From assembly GCF_963921235.1 (NCBI RefSeq), contig NC_086107.1:113524001-113588000 (forward strand): a stretch of 64,000 nucleotides of DNA. Reading direction: 5' to 3'. Of this stretch, positions 51,707 through 64,000 are shown piece by piece. A model generated the notes under the pieces. The model did not search any database. It was not told the DNA's origin and worked only from the letters and a program-made list of their open reading frames with translations. Position numbers and translations under genes: made by a program. How positions within the stretch are numbered: the stretch's first letter is position 1; every line of letters begins with the position of its first letter. Source of the DNA: Mobula hypostoma (taxonomy: Eukaryota).

Positions 51707-54700
51707 ATGCAAACTGAATTGGTAAAAATAATTTCCAATAATGTTAATGGGGTTTTGAATCCAATTAAAAGAAATAAGATTATGTCTAAATTGAAAAAAG
51801 AGAGGGCACAAATAGCTTTCCTCCAGGAAACACATATGAGCCAATCTGAACATGGAAAATTAAAAAGAATGGGCTTTAAGCATGTATTTTATTCATCATA
51901 TAAATTGAGTCACAAAAGAGGGGTAGCTACTTTAATATCAAGTACTCTTAATTATGAACATATTTCAGAGACTAGAGACAAAGAAGGACGGTTTGTAAAA
52001 ATCACAGGAAGAATAGAAGGTACAGAAATAACATTGCTGAATGTTTATGCTCCTCCAGGTAGTGAATGGTCATTTTATAGACACATTTTTGACCTAATGG
52101 TCAGTTCTCGAGGGGTAGTAATTTGTGGAGGGGATTTTAATATTAGATTAAATCCTATATTAGATTCTTCAAGAATAGTTACTCAGAATAAACCTCTGAC
52201 TCGGAAAGTGAATTCATTGATGGAGGAGTTGGGAATTATAGATGTCTGGAGGGAATTACACCCTACTAGTAAAGATTATACATATTACTCTTTCCCTCAT
52301 TCAGCCTATTCAAGGATAGACTATTTCTTTATCTTTAATACAGATAGACTCAGGATAAAAAACTGTAATATTGCAACAATTGATCTGTCGGATCATAGCC
52401 CAGTCTCTATGTCTCTAAACCTGGAAAGGAAAATGAGGAAAACACTATGGAGGCTAAACTCACATATACTTAATAACCCAAAAGTAATGGAGAGATTAAG
52501 GGGAGAAATCAAAGAATATCTAGACCTTAATGACACGGGAGAAACATCACCAGTGATTTTATGGGATACATTGAAAGCTGTATTGAGAGGGAAAATTATT
52601 TCCATTACTACTCACATGAAAAAAATCAATGCACAAAAATTAGCAGACCTTCAAGGAAAATTAAAACAACTTCAAGTTGGAGATAGCAACAAAAGTAATT
52701 CAAATCGAAAACAGGAAATTAGGAAATTGCAAAGTGAAATTGATGATATTTATACGTTGGAAACTCAAAGAAATTTTCTTTACCTGAGACAAAAGAATTA
52801 TGAAGTAGGAGGTAAATCAGCTAGATTATTAGCATATAAATTACGAAAACAACAAGCAGACAATACAATTCATAAAATAAAGAATCCAAAGACAAAGCTT
52901 GTGGAGAGTACAATAGGGAAAATTCAAGAGGGTTTTGAAACGTATTATCGAGAGCTGTACTCCCAACCCCGGGCCCCCAGTGAGCCCTATATAGACAGTG
53001 TATTGAATTTTTTAGATCTACCTAAACTTACAGATTTACAAAATGAAAGTTTATTAGAACCAGTAACTGTCAAAGAACTGAACGTGGCCATCTCTAGGTT
53101 AAAGGCTGGAAAGTCCCCGGGTTCTGATGGGTTTACCTCAGAGTGGTACAAGTCCCTGAAGACACAGTTAGCCCCATTACTACTTAACACCTTTAATTGG
53201 ATCTTGCAGAGAGGAGAAACTCCACCTTCCTGGAGAGAAGCGATTATTTCAGTTATTCCTAAAGAGGGTAAAGATAAACTAGAATGTGGCAATTATCGGC
53301 CAATTAGTGTTCTTAATTTAGATTACAAACTATTTACATCTATATTAGCGCGCAGATTGGAAAAGCTTTTACCTGGCCTAATCCATTTAGACCAGACTGG
53401 ATTTATTCAACAAAGACAAACACAGGACAACATAAGGAGAACTCTGCACATATTAGAACAGGTTAATAAGAACGAGACAGAGACAATGGTAGTAGGATTG
53501 GACGCTGAGAAAGCTTTTGATTCGCTTAGTTGGGCATTCCTATACAGAGTGTTAGGAAGATTCGGCTTTCAAGAAAGGTTTATTAAAGTAATTCAGACTC
53601 TGTATGACAGCCCAACAGCCCAAATTAAGATAAATGGGGACCTCTCTGACTCCTTCATTTTAGAGAGAGGCACTAGACAGGGATGCCCAATTTCTCCTCT
53701 CCTTTTTGCACTATATATTGAACCACTTGCCCAACTAATAAGACAGAGCGAAATTGTAAAAGGTATCAAGGTGGCAGGGATTGAACAGAAAGTGGCGTTA
53801 TTTGCAGATGATGTTTTGGTCTATCTGAGTGAACCAGAAAAATCATTTATAGGATTGTTTACACTGTTGGATGACTTTGGAAAATATCAGGTTATAAAAT
53901 AAATGTAAAGAAAACGCAGGTTATGTCCCTAAATTATACACCATCCAAAAAATTGCAGGATACATACGATCTTAAGTGGGAAGCTAAATCATTAAAATAT
54001 TTAGGAATAACCCTGCCGAAGGATCTTTCAACACTGTCACAGGTAAATTATGGGCCATTAATCTCAGAGATAAAAGCAGATATGCATAGATGGAATCTTA
54101 TCCCCTTTTTAAGTTTAAATTCAAGGATAAATACTATAAAAATGAATATTCTTCCTCGGTTATTATATCTTTTCCGTACTTTACCAGTGGAGGTGGATGA
54201 TAATCAATTCAGGGAATGGGACAAATGGATTTCCCGCTTCATTTGGCAAGGAAGGAAACCTAGAATTCGATATAACACCTTACAGTTAGGGAAAGAAAGA
54301 GGAGGTATGGTTCTTCCTTGCCTGAGAAATTATTTTTATGCCTCATAGATAACCCCTCTGTTATATTGGTGTAATAGGGAATATAAGGCTAGATGGAAGG
54401 AAATAGAATTTGGATTAGTTGACAGTTTTCCTCTTCAGGCCTCAATAGCTGACAAAGGATTGATGGCCCAGTTGGAAAAATTTAATAATGCTTGGATAAA
54501 TCTTACATTAAAAGTATGGCAGAAGGTGGTTAATTCATGTGGAATTAATAACATGCTAAAACTCTTTAGATGGTGTGCATATGATACCGAATTCTTTCCC
54601 AACAGAGGAGATAAAAGATTTGAGCTATGGATAAAGAAAGGTCTTACAACCTACCTCTCATTTATAGATAAAAGAGTATTACAAAGTTTCCAAATCCTGC

Positions 54701-55495
54701 AGGACAAACATGGCCTAGAACATAATGACTTTTTTAGGTACCTTCAAATACGAAACTATGTTAACCAGAGTTGTAGATATACAGACCTATCAACAGTAGA
54801 ATTAAGAATTTTTCAAGATTCTGAATTTGGCTTGCAGTTTAATACCTAGTAAATCAGTTTCTCGCCTATATAATGCACTCTCCCATGCTAAAAATGTAAA
54901 TACACTGTATATTAAAGAGAAGTGGGAGAAAGAAGCGGGGTTGGTACTTTCAGAGGAGGCTTGGGGGGAAATCTGCAGCTTTCAATGGTCCTCGACTAAT
55001 TCTTTGACTTGGAGAGAACATTGTTGGAAAAACATTATAAGATACTTCAAGACCCCATATCAGGAAAAATATAAAGATACAAATGTGATGTGTTGGAGAA
55101 GGTGCGGCTCCAAGGAGGCAAATCATTTTCATATTTTCTGGGATTGCCCTAAATTAAGTCTATTTTGGGAAGGTATTCATAGAACATTAGTTAAGGTACT
55201 TAGGTCCCAGATACCTCTGAACTTTGAGACGCTCTATTTGGGGCATGTATTGTTCCTTGAACAGAAGGAAGATATAAAGTTGCTGCAGGCCCTCTTAGCG
55301 GCAAGTAAGAAATCAATCACTAGAAAATGGCTAAATCCAATACCACCTACATTAGAAGATTGGTACGAAATTATCTTGGAAATATTTAAAATGGAAAAGT
55401 TGACCTACTCCCTGAGAACTCAAAAAGAAACATTTTATCAAATCTGGAATAAATGGATTGAATATATAACCCCAATGCGAGCAGACTTTAGATGA
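51707..55495 (+). pseudogene. L1 ORF2 (APE endonuclease, RT, CCHC), disrupted
   Basis: LQETH, GGDFN, SDH, NYRPIS, GTRQGCP, FADD and CWRRC...HIFWDC are present. Frameshift near 53882, in-frame TAG at 54346-54348, second frameshift near 54805. Confidence 0.92.
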
Positions 55496-56058
55496 CTCTC
55501 CTAATGATTTATATTGCTCTTCTCATCAACACAGTAATATTGCTAACGTAAGCACCCCTAGTCTAAATGTTTGTTGTTTTTTTTGGAAAATAGAGAATTA
55601 TCACAAGTAAAGGGAAAGATTTGGGAAAGGGATTAAAAAAAAATGAAAAAATTAAGTAAATAAGTACATAGGGATTGGATAATTATGTCTGCGGGCAGGA
55701 ACAAGCACGAACAAATTGGGATATAAACACCTACAATGGTTGGTATATAGGCTTGTATGCAACATTTTGGACCAGTGGAAATGGTCCAGAAGGGTTGTAT
55801 GGAAACTATTATTACCATTTTTCTTAACAACTAATTTCATTACTTAGCCTAATAGGTTAGATTTACTACAGTACATAATTATCTATTTAAATGTTTATTT
55901 TGCATTTATATCATCTCAATGTGTACTTAAGAATGTATAAATAATTGTAGTTTTATACATATAAAAAAATGGAAAAGGTTATATGTGTGAAAAAAGTACA
56001 TGATAATTGTGAACTCCTTATCCAAATAAAAATAATATTAAAAAAAAAAGAAAGTTAC

Positions 56059-56654
56059 TGTAGCCTCCTGGTAAGCCCCAGGCTCGCTTTCGTCTAGGGG
56101 GATCAGCCTTCGGCCCCGCCAAACTGGGTAATCAAGTTTGTGTGGATGCTGTGTGATGTACCCCACACCGCCAATTAACAGACAGCACACAATGTACGAT
56201 TTACAGATTACACTTTATAGATCTTACTGGAACTATGTAATTAACAGAGATACTATATAAAAGGAAAGTAAAAGGCGCCCAACTTATCAAAGTTCAACCA
56301 CTTCATGCACAACCGTTGGAGCTCACGGACTCCCTTTTGCTGATCCTCCTTCGCTAGTCACCCCCAGGGCCCCCGCCCCGAGCCCAGGCCCAGCGGGTCC
56401 GGCCACCGTCTCCTCAAAGCCACGTCTTCTCTCTTCATCCTCCTCGTACCTTCTCCCCCCGAGCCCACGAAAACTAACAGCTTTCACACAGACGGAAAGA
56501 GTAGCATCTACCCCAATTGGTTAGCAAATGAATACAATGCCCGTTATCAGTAATTATAACCCAAACTGGCTGCTACTGTTAACTCAGCAGTTAACATTAC
56601 AGAGAAGCCATTTTATTAGCCTTAGCAGTAACATAAAAGAAGAAACCCCTTACA
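56059..56654. mobile_element. Solo LTR, 596 bp
   Basis: TGTA...TACA termini flanked by a 4-bp direct repeat TTAC (56055-56058 and 56655-56658). Confidence 0.7.
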
Positions 56655-56844
56655 TTACCAACTAACAAAGGTAAGGGTATTTAGATTGCCACTGTAATTT
56701 TTAGAAGAAATGGAGTGCTACAGCAAGGAAACAGGCCCCTTGGCCTATCCGGTCCAAGTCATTCTGATCTTCTACCTAGTCCCATCACCTTACACAAAGG
56801 TCATATCCCTCTGGACCCACGTATCCATCTAAACTTTGACGCAC

Positions 56845-57031
56845 CTGGGCCAGTGCTGAGCTGCACAGTCGAACTCCAATCACTCCAGGGTCCCTCGTAG
56901 CAGTCACCTTCATTTGGGTTGCAGTACACCTTTGCTCGCATTCGAACTACGTACCCGCTGGACGGTTCCAGGGAGTGTTTTGGCAGGATGAATGACCCAG
57001 TGTGCTGGGGAATCTTCCTCACCTTGGAATC
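56845..57031 (-). CDS. CSF2RB: CSF2RB-like exon, domain 4 second half with WSXWS (DSKVRKIPQHTGSFILPKHSLEPSSGYVVRMRAKVYCNPNEGDCYEGPWSDWSSTVQLSTGP)
   Basis: Acceptor ctcttctag and donor gtgcgt; 187 nt, phase 0 to 1. Carries the WSDWS class I cytokine receptor motif, LEPS-x-x-Y and R-x-R. Confidence 0.95.
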
Positions 57032-58414
57032 CTAGAAGAGGGAAATCCAATGACGTTAACCTTCACCGTGGTAGAAACAGCCCGTATAGACACATTTCAT
57101 CCAAATAAATCCTCAAATCTCTGTTAGCGATCGTAACCTTCTCTTCCCTCCACTTCTTTGTCAAGGAAGACAAAACGATGAGGCAGATCAATAGGGTGAA
57201 TGCATGCAGGGATTTTCCCCTCAGCTTGGCTGAATTTGGAACCAGAGGTCACAGGTTAAGGGTGAAAGGTGAAGTATTTAAAGGAACCTTTTTCTTTCAG
57301 AGGGCGGTGTGAGTGTGAGATGAGCTGCCAGCAGATGGATGTTCAGTAATAATACTTAAGAGAAGGTTGGATAGGTACATTGATGAGATGCCAATGGAGG
57401 ACAGGAAGATGGGACTCAGCAGAAAGCTAGACTGACACAGGCCGGATGGGCTAAAGGGTCTCTCTTCTCTTGATCACCCAGCCTCTCCTACATCCACAAA
57501 AGTCCCCCCCTCCCCCATCACTTAGTTTCTTCCTCCTTCTCCACCCACTCCATCTGCTTGTCACCTGCACACTCTCCCCACTGGGTCCTCTCCCTTAACT
57601 ATTCTCCCCTCCCCTATTTGGCTCCATTCTCCACCTGACTATCCCGTCAGATTCCACCATCTTCAGCCCTTTTTGTCAGCTCCCAGCCTCAGTCATTGTT
57701 CCCACACTCCCAAGCATCCATCCAAGGACCCACACCCTCCAGCCCATGCTCACTTCTCCCTGCTGCCATCAGGAAGGAGGCACGGGGGCCTCGGGTCCCT
57801 CATTGGCAGTTATTACCCTTCAACCATCAGGCTTTTGAACCAATGTGGAGAACTTCACTCAAACTCAACACTGAACTGTCTCCACAATCCATGGAGAGGT
57901 AATGGCAAGCAGGCAGAAGAATGGGGTTGAGGGGGGGATGGCTCTGATCCTCCTCCTGTCAATAGAGATGGTACTGCAGGGCTTAGTAGCTAAGACACAC
58001 GTGAAGGCCAGGAGGTAGACTTGGCCGTCAGAGGTTATTTGAGCTCCATGCCATTGGGAACATCTAATAAGTAGTGGGAGCTTGTCCCCATTACCATCCC
58101 CTGGCTATAACAACTTTAAGGAGCCAAATAAATAAATAAACTTCACAGTTTCACCACCTTCCAGCTAAAGAAATTCCTCCTCATCTCTGTTCTAAAAGAA
58201 CATCCTTCTATACTGAGGCTGCACCCCCAGGTCCTGGACTTCCCCAACAGTAGGAAACATCCTCTCCGTATCCACTCAGGCACACATGATTTCCACTACC
58301 ATATGCATAAATCCACAGAGCTGCTTGCGCACGCGCACTTGCACTTGCTGATAGAGACGGGGGTGGTGGGGCACATCTGGTTTGCAGAGTGACTGGCGTC
58401 TGGTTTTAACATAC

Positions 58415-58551
58415 CTCCCAAGATGCATCCTCCTTCTTGTAGTTGATCTCGTAGTTTAACTTGTACAGATTGGTGGTGGTGTTCCATTCCAGCTGAAATC
58501 TCCCGTCAGCCAACTCCTTTGACTTCAAATTGAAAGGGGCGATTGGTTTAA
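58415..58551 (-). CDS. CSF2RB: CSF2RB-like exon, domain 4 first half (IKPIAPFNLKSKELADGRFQLEWNTTTNLYKLNYEINYKKEDASWE)
   Basis: Acceptor ttgtttattag and donor gtatgt; 137 nt, phase 1 to 0. FNIII pattern P-x-N-L...L-x-W...YEI-x-YK...W. Confidence 0.92.
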
Positions 58552-59840
58552 CTAATAAACAAAGGATCATAAGTAAGGATTTAATCGATCCACCTATCTC
58601 CCTATCTCCTTCTTCCTTTCTTTTGATTTAGCACGGAATCGGCCCTTCACACCGCCCAACGATCCCCACAATTCAACCCTGACCAATTAATGTACCAACT
58701 GGTACGCCTTGGACTGTGGGAGGAGACTGGAGCACCCGGAGGAAACCCGGTGTCAGTTGCTGGTTGGCATGGCTCGAAGGGTCAGAAAGTCCTATTCTGT
58801 GCTGTATCACACAATAAATAAATAAACTAAAGGAAGGGTTAGGCCACCCAGCCCATCAGGCCTACCCCACCATTCAATATGATCATGGCTGACCAAAGTT
58901 CAAAGTTCAAAGTAAATTTATTATCAAAGTACATATATGTCACCTTGAGATTCATTTTCTTGCAGGAAAATAAAAAAAAATATAGAATTTTATGACTGAA
59001 GATTGAATAGGTTAAGATTTATTCCCTGGAATGTAGAAGACAGCGAGGAGATTTGATAGTGGTATACAAAATTATGAGTATAGACAGGGTAACTGCAAGA
59101 AGGTTTTTCCACTGAGGTTGGGTGGGATGACAACCAGAGGTCATGGGTTAAGGGTGAAAGGTGAAAAGTTTAAGGGGAACACGAGGGGAAACTTCACTCA
59201 GAGGCTCGTGTGGGCATGGAACGAGTTGCCAGCACAAGTGGTGGATGCGAGCTCGATTTCAATGTTTAAGAGAAGCTTGGGTAGGTACAAGGACAGTAGG
59301 GGTATGGAGGGCTATGGTCCCAGGGCAGGTCAATGTGAGTAGGCAGCTTAAAAGGTTCAGCATGGTCTAGATGGGCCAAAGGGCCTGTTTCTGTGCTGTA
59401 CTTTTCTATTTCTCTCTGAGTCTACGGAGCATCCCCACTGCAACAACGTGGGAGTTGATAAATCTCTGTATTCCTTGTTCTGACCAGGAACATCTCCAGT
59501 GACTGCAAAGATAAAGATTGGCTTTATGTGTCACACGTACATTGAAAAGTACAGAGCATCAACAACCCAACACAGCCCGAGGATGAGCTGGGGGCAGCCC
59601 GCAAGGGTCTCCATGCTTCTGGCAACAATATAGCTTTCCCACAACTCACTAACACTAACCTGTCCCTTGGAATGTGCAAGGAAACCGGAGTGCCCGGAAA
59701 AATCCCGGACAGTCACAGGGAGAACGCACAGTACAAACCCCTTACAGATAGTGATGGGAATTGCGCCCCAATCTTACAGCCGGCGCATACAGCATTACGC
59801 TAAGCGTTACGTCACCCTGACAGCTTGTGAGTGAACTCAC

Positions 59841-59998
59841 TGTTTTTATAAGGCTTGTATCTCATCGATTGCTCTTTGAGCTTCAGGAACACCTCGTATT
59901 TCTCCAAGCCCTCCTGGTTAGGCACAGCTATGTTACAACGATGAACCGTGAGGTGTGGGTAAGTGCGGACTATCTCGGATGGCTGGCATTCCTGCGTC
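59841..59998 (-). CDS. CSF2RB: CSF2RB-like exon, domain 3 second half (TQECQPSEIVRTYPHLTVHRCNIAVPNQEGLEKYEVFLKLKEQSMRYKPYKN)
   Basis: Acceptor ccttcccag and donor gtgagt; 158 nt, phase 2 to 1. Cys pair matches beta-c EEECSP...HHCQIPVP. Confidence 0.92.
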
Positions 59999-60099
59999 CT
60001 GGGAAGGAAGAAAGGTTCTAATTAATGAGAAGCTCTGTGTTGTCCTTGTACACAACATGACCAAGCGGCTAAACCTTGCTGAGTTTGACATGACCAGGA

Positions 60100-61075
60100 C
60101 AATGGATTACCAAAGTACATGAGATGACACCCTGAGATTCATTTTCTTCTGGGCATTCTCAATAAATCCATAGAATAATAACCATAAATTGGGCGTTCAG
60201 TCAATGATAAACAAATAAGCAATACACATCGAGAACATGAGATGAAAGTGAGTCCCTTGGCTGTGCGAACAGTTCAGTGATGGGGCAAGTGAAGTTGAGT
60301 GAAGTTATCCCCTCTGGTTTGAGAGCCTGATGATTGAGGGGTGATAGCTGTTCTTGAACCTGGTGGTGTGAGTCCTGAGGTTCCTGTACCACCTTCCTGA
60401 TGGCAGCAGTGAGAGGAGAGCACGACCTGGATGGTGGGGATTCCTGACGATGGATACTGCTTTCCTGCGACAGTGTTTCATGTAGATGTGCTCAACGGTG
60501 GGAGGGCTCTACCCGTGATGAGCTGGGCCCCGTCCACTACTTTTTGTACAATTTTCCATTCAAGGGCATTGGTGTTTCCATAGCAGGCTGTGATGCAGCC
60601 AGTCAGTTTACTCTCCACTGCACAACTATGGAAGTTTGTTAAAGTTTTAAATGTCATGCTGGATCTTCGCAAACTCCTAAGGAAGTAGAAGTGCTACTGT
60701 ACTTCCTTCGTAATTGCACTTACAGACTATGCCAGGACCGGTCCTGTGAAATAATAACAAGGAGAAGTTTAAAGTTGCTGAGCCTCTCCACCTCTGATTC
60801 CCTGAAGAGGAGTGGCTCACGGACCTCCGCCTTCCTTCTCCTGAAGTCCATCAGCTCCTTGGTCTTGCTGACATTGGGCAGGAGGTGGTTGTTGTGGCAG
60901 TGCTCGGCCGGATTTCCCACCTCCCTCCTGTATGCTGATTCGTCACCACCTTTGATCCGGCCAACGACGGTGGTGTGGTCAGCAAACCTGAACATGGCAC
61001 TGGAGCTGTGCTTAGCCGCGCAGCGTGAAGTGAGCAGAGCCGTAGCAGAGCTAAGCACACAGCCTTGTGGTGCAC
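60100..61075 (-). mobile_element. Older Rex/Babar-type LINE fragment; related pieces at about 930-1446, 12200-12780, 13200-13820, 39250-39730, 40820-42210 and 46070-46480
   Basis: FADHTTVVG, NVSKTKEL and ESKLTGCITACYG remnants with shared 3' UTR. Confidence 0.75.
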
Positions 61076-62357
61076 CAGATCCCCCGTCTTTCTACGTGTG
61101 ATGATTCAAGTGCTTGTATATGGTAAATGTTGTGGGCGCACCTGCCGCCACCCTCTCAGGCAGTACTACGATATCCCGAGGAACTTCACAGAAACATCAA
61201 ACAGTATCAAAGAAAGGCTACAGACCGGTGTAGATGACCGAAAGGCAGCTTTTGAGGATCTTCTAAAAAAGAAGATAGGAGAGAGGAACTGGTGATGTTT
61301 AGAGATTGAATTCCAGGGCTGTGAGCCCGGGCGGCTGAAGGCAAGGCTACCAGAAGAAGGAATTAAATGCTGGAATATTCAGGAGGCCAGATTCGAAGGC
61401 ATGCTCCGATTTCCTCCCACATCCCAAAGATGCACCGGTTTGTATGTAAATCTGTCCCGTGGATGTAATCGGGTGGCGCAGGCTCGTTGGGCCAGAAGGG
61501 CCCCTTACCGTGCTGTATCTCTATAAAAAACAAAATTAAATGAAATCATAGAGTCTTTCAGTGCAGGAACTGTCCCTTCAGCCGAACTGCTCCTTGCTGA
61601 CCCAGATGGCCTTCCAAGCTGGTCCCACTTGCCTGTGTTTGGCCAATTCCCTTCCCATGGAGCTATGGTCTTTTGGTGGAAGCAGATAGTAAGAGGTATT
61701 TAGGCAGGGGATGGGGAGATTGGGATCGTATGCAGACACATGGGATTGGAATCAGGATCAGCAAGACATGACGGGCTGAACGGCCTGTTCTTGTGTTCTG
61801 CAATTCGGGATCCTTTACTCCCGGTTGAAGAAAGGTCAGTGAGCCCCCTGTTGGGTAAAGGTAACACCAACATCAGCCTGGAAAAATCCAACAAAACTGG
61901 GAAGAGGCAGCTGATGCCCCTGGAGGAAACCCTGTTCAAGAGGGAGCTGAGCTACATGAGGGCGACGTCCGCTGGGCCACAGAGAACAAGCGGCGGCTGC
62001 GAAAGGGGAGACTGAGCAATCACAATCACCAATCACAGCCGCCACTTACTCTAGCTCGCACTGCATCAGAACACGTGGAACCCAGGTTGGCCTCTACGGC
62101 CACCAATAGACAGCCCCTTATGAGAACATCACCCTCGACTCGAGTGATTTCATTACCACTACATTCCAAGCATCTCAACCAGCACTGGATACAGTCATAC
62201 CTCTGGAACTTTTTCAAGAGCAGGGAGGCAATGGTTGATGGGGAAAGGCGAGCTGAATCACCTGCCCCCACTCTGGATGGTCTCTGATCTTGTATGATGA
62301 AGGACGTTTGGGGAGGGGGGTGGGGGTCGTGACCAAATTCGGAGCCAATGTACTTAC

Positions 62358-62490
62358 TCGTTGGCCTTTCCGTAGTGGAGACTGAAGGCGAAATATTTAC
62401 TGGACTCCTTCAACACCTCCCAAGTGCATTCAATCTGCTGGATCCCGTCGTAGGAACACTGCAGATTTCGTGGCATTATCTTGGCTTCCT
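62358..62490 (-). CDS. CSF2RB: CSF2RB-like exon, FNIII domain 3 first half (EEAKIMPRNLQCSYDGIQQIECTWEVLKESSKYFAFSLHYGKANE)
   Basis: Acceptor ccttccacag and donor gtaagt; 133 nt, phase 1 to 2. Resembles human beta-c EAQPQNLECFFDG...SCSWEV. Upstream exons are outside the window. Confidence 0.92.
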
Positions 62491-63349
62491 CTGTGGAAGG
62501 GAGAGGGCAGGTTGTTAGCATCAGATCGCGGGGCAAAGTCTCATTTTGAAACCTGCTCACTGAGGTGGCTTTCCGTCTCCGCAGCGCAGATTTAACCTTC
62601 GGCCAGCAGGGGGCAGAGCAGGCCCTCTCTCCCTCACATTGTTTCCCAGCTAAAGATTCACTTTATTTGTCACACGTACGTCGAAACATTGAAACATACA
62701 CTGAAGTGCATCACTTGCGTGAGCGACCAACACAGCTGAAGGATGTGCTGGGGTAGCCTGCAAGCGTCGCCAGGCTTCCGACACCAACATAGCATGTCCA
62801 CAATTTACTAACCCGAACCCGTAAACCTTTGGAATGTGGGAGGAAACCAGAGGACTCAGAAGAAACCCCAGCGGTCACTGAGAGAACGTAGAAACTCCTT
62901 ACAGTCAGAGGTGGGATTTGAACCCTGATCTGCCGATCTCAGGTGACATAGTGTGTTAACGCTAACCGCTAAGCTATTGTGCCCTAGTCCGCTATAGCTT
63001 TCAGATTACAGGGCAGATGGGATTGATGAAAAAGCATTGATGGGATGGGCCCACCGGCCTCCTATCATGTTGTAAGAGAATATGAAATTCCCCTTGAATC
63101 AGGGGATCCTAACCTGGGATCCACGAACCCCTCAGTTAATGGAAGGGGTCATGGCATGAACAAGACTGGGACCTCCTGCGTTAAATGGACCTTCACATAT
63201 TATTTATTTACTTGGAGATACAATGCAGCACAGCCCATTCCAGTCCTTTGAGCCATGTTGTTCAGCAATCCCCTCGAAACCCCCATTTAACCCTAACCTA
63301 ATCACAGGACAATTTACAACCACCAATTGACCTACCTGCTACCTTTTTT

Positions 63350-63885
63350 AAGACCATAAGATAAAGAAGAAGAATTAGGCTATTTGACCCATCGTGTCTG
63401 CTCCACCATTTCCCTCTCAGCCCCAATCTCCTGCCTTCCCCCCCAATATACCTTCATGCCCCAACTAATCAATAATCTATCAACCTCTGCCTTAAATATA
63501 CATAAAGACTTTGCCTCCACAGCCACCTGTGGCAATGAATTCCACTGATTCACCACTCTCTGGCTAAAAAAATTCCTCCTCATCTTCATTCTAAATGGAT
63601 GCCCCTCTATTCTAAGGCTGTGGCCTCAAGTCTTAGACTCGCCACCACAGGAAACATCCTCTCCACATCCACTTTCACTATTCGATAGGTTTCAATAAGA
63701 TCCCCCTTCATTCTTCTGAATTCCAGTGAGTAGAGGCCCAGAGCCATCAGACACTCGTCATGCGATATGCCTTTCGATCCCGGAATCATTTTCGTAAACC
63801 TCCTTTGAACCCTCTTCAATGTAAACATATCCTTTCTTAGATTAGGGGCCCAAAACTGCACACAATATTCCAAGTGAGGCCTCAC
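63350..63885 (-). mobile_element. CR1 3' fragment
   Basis: [14 protein letters not shown] remnant. Confidence 0.85.
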
Positions 63886-64000
63886 TTTTGAAGAATGGGA
63901 GAAAGACCCACCCATTCCTCAGGGAGTATGTTCAGAAGATGCTAGGGTTGAACTCTGAACCCCAACGCCCTGAGCTGTAACAGCGTCACGCTAACCACAA

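Larger units (their letters stand above)
50221..56049 (+). mobile_element. Full-length L1-clade LINE, antisense in the CSF2RB WSXWS-TM intron
   Basis: ORF1 plus ORF2, AATAAA near 56024 and an A-tail. 17-bp TSD GAAAGT(C/T)ACTGTAGCCT at 50204-50220 and 56050-56066. Confidence 0.95.

Noticed and set aside
648..63915. Most of the short ORFs in the six-frame track
   Set aside because: They are antisense or off-frame readings of transposon fragments and low-complexity DNA.

Overview
Repeat-dense vertebrate genomic DNA, most likely a cartilaginous fish (ray or shark), inferred from the V-SINE/CR1/Rex-Babar/Penelope landscape. The only confidently identified gene is the 3' two-thirds of a cytokine receptor common beta chain (CSF2RB) orthologue on the minus strand. 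I traced 8 phase-consistent GT-AG coding exons from 62490 down to the stop at 35594 (FNIII domains 3-4 with WSDWS, TM, Box1, a long Tyr-rich tail); the 5' exons lie beyond 64000. The introns and the downstream ~30 kb are mostly transposons, including a full-length L1 with TSDs inserted at the edge of a solo LTR. The most notable unannotated signal is a family of minimal type-I hammerhead ribozyme motifs in Penelope-derived termini, with one intact copy sense-oriented in a CSF2RB intron. There are also degenerate HDV-like ribozyme folds in an RTE-type repeat, a possible LTR-polyadenylated soluble beta-c isoform, and a 19-bp minisatellite whose unit also occurs in the CSF2RB C-terminal coding sequence.
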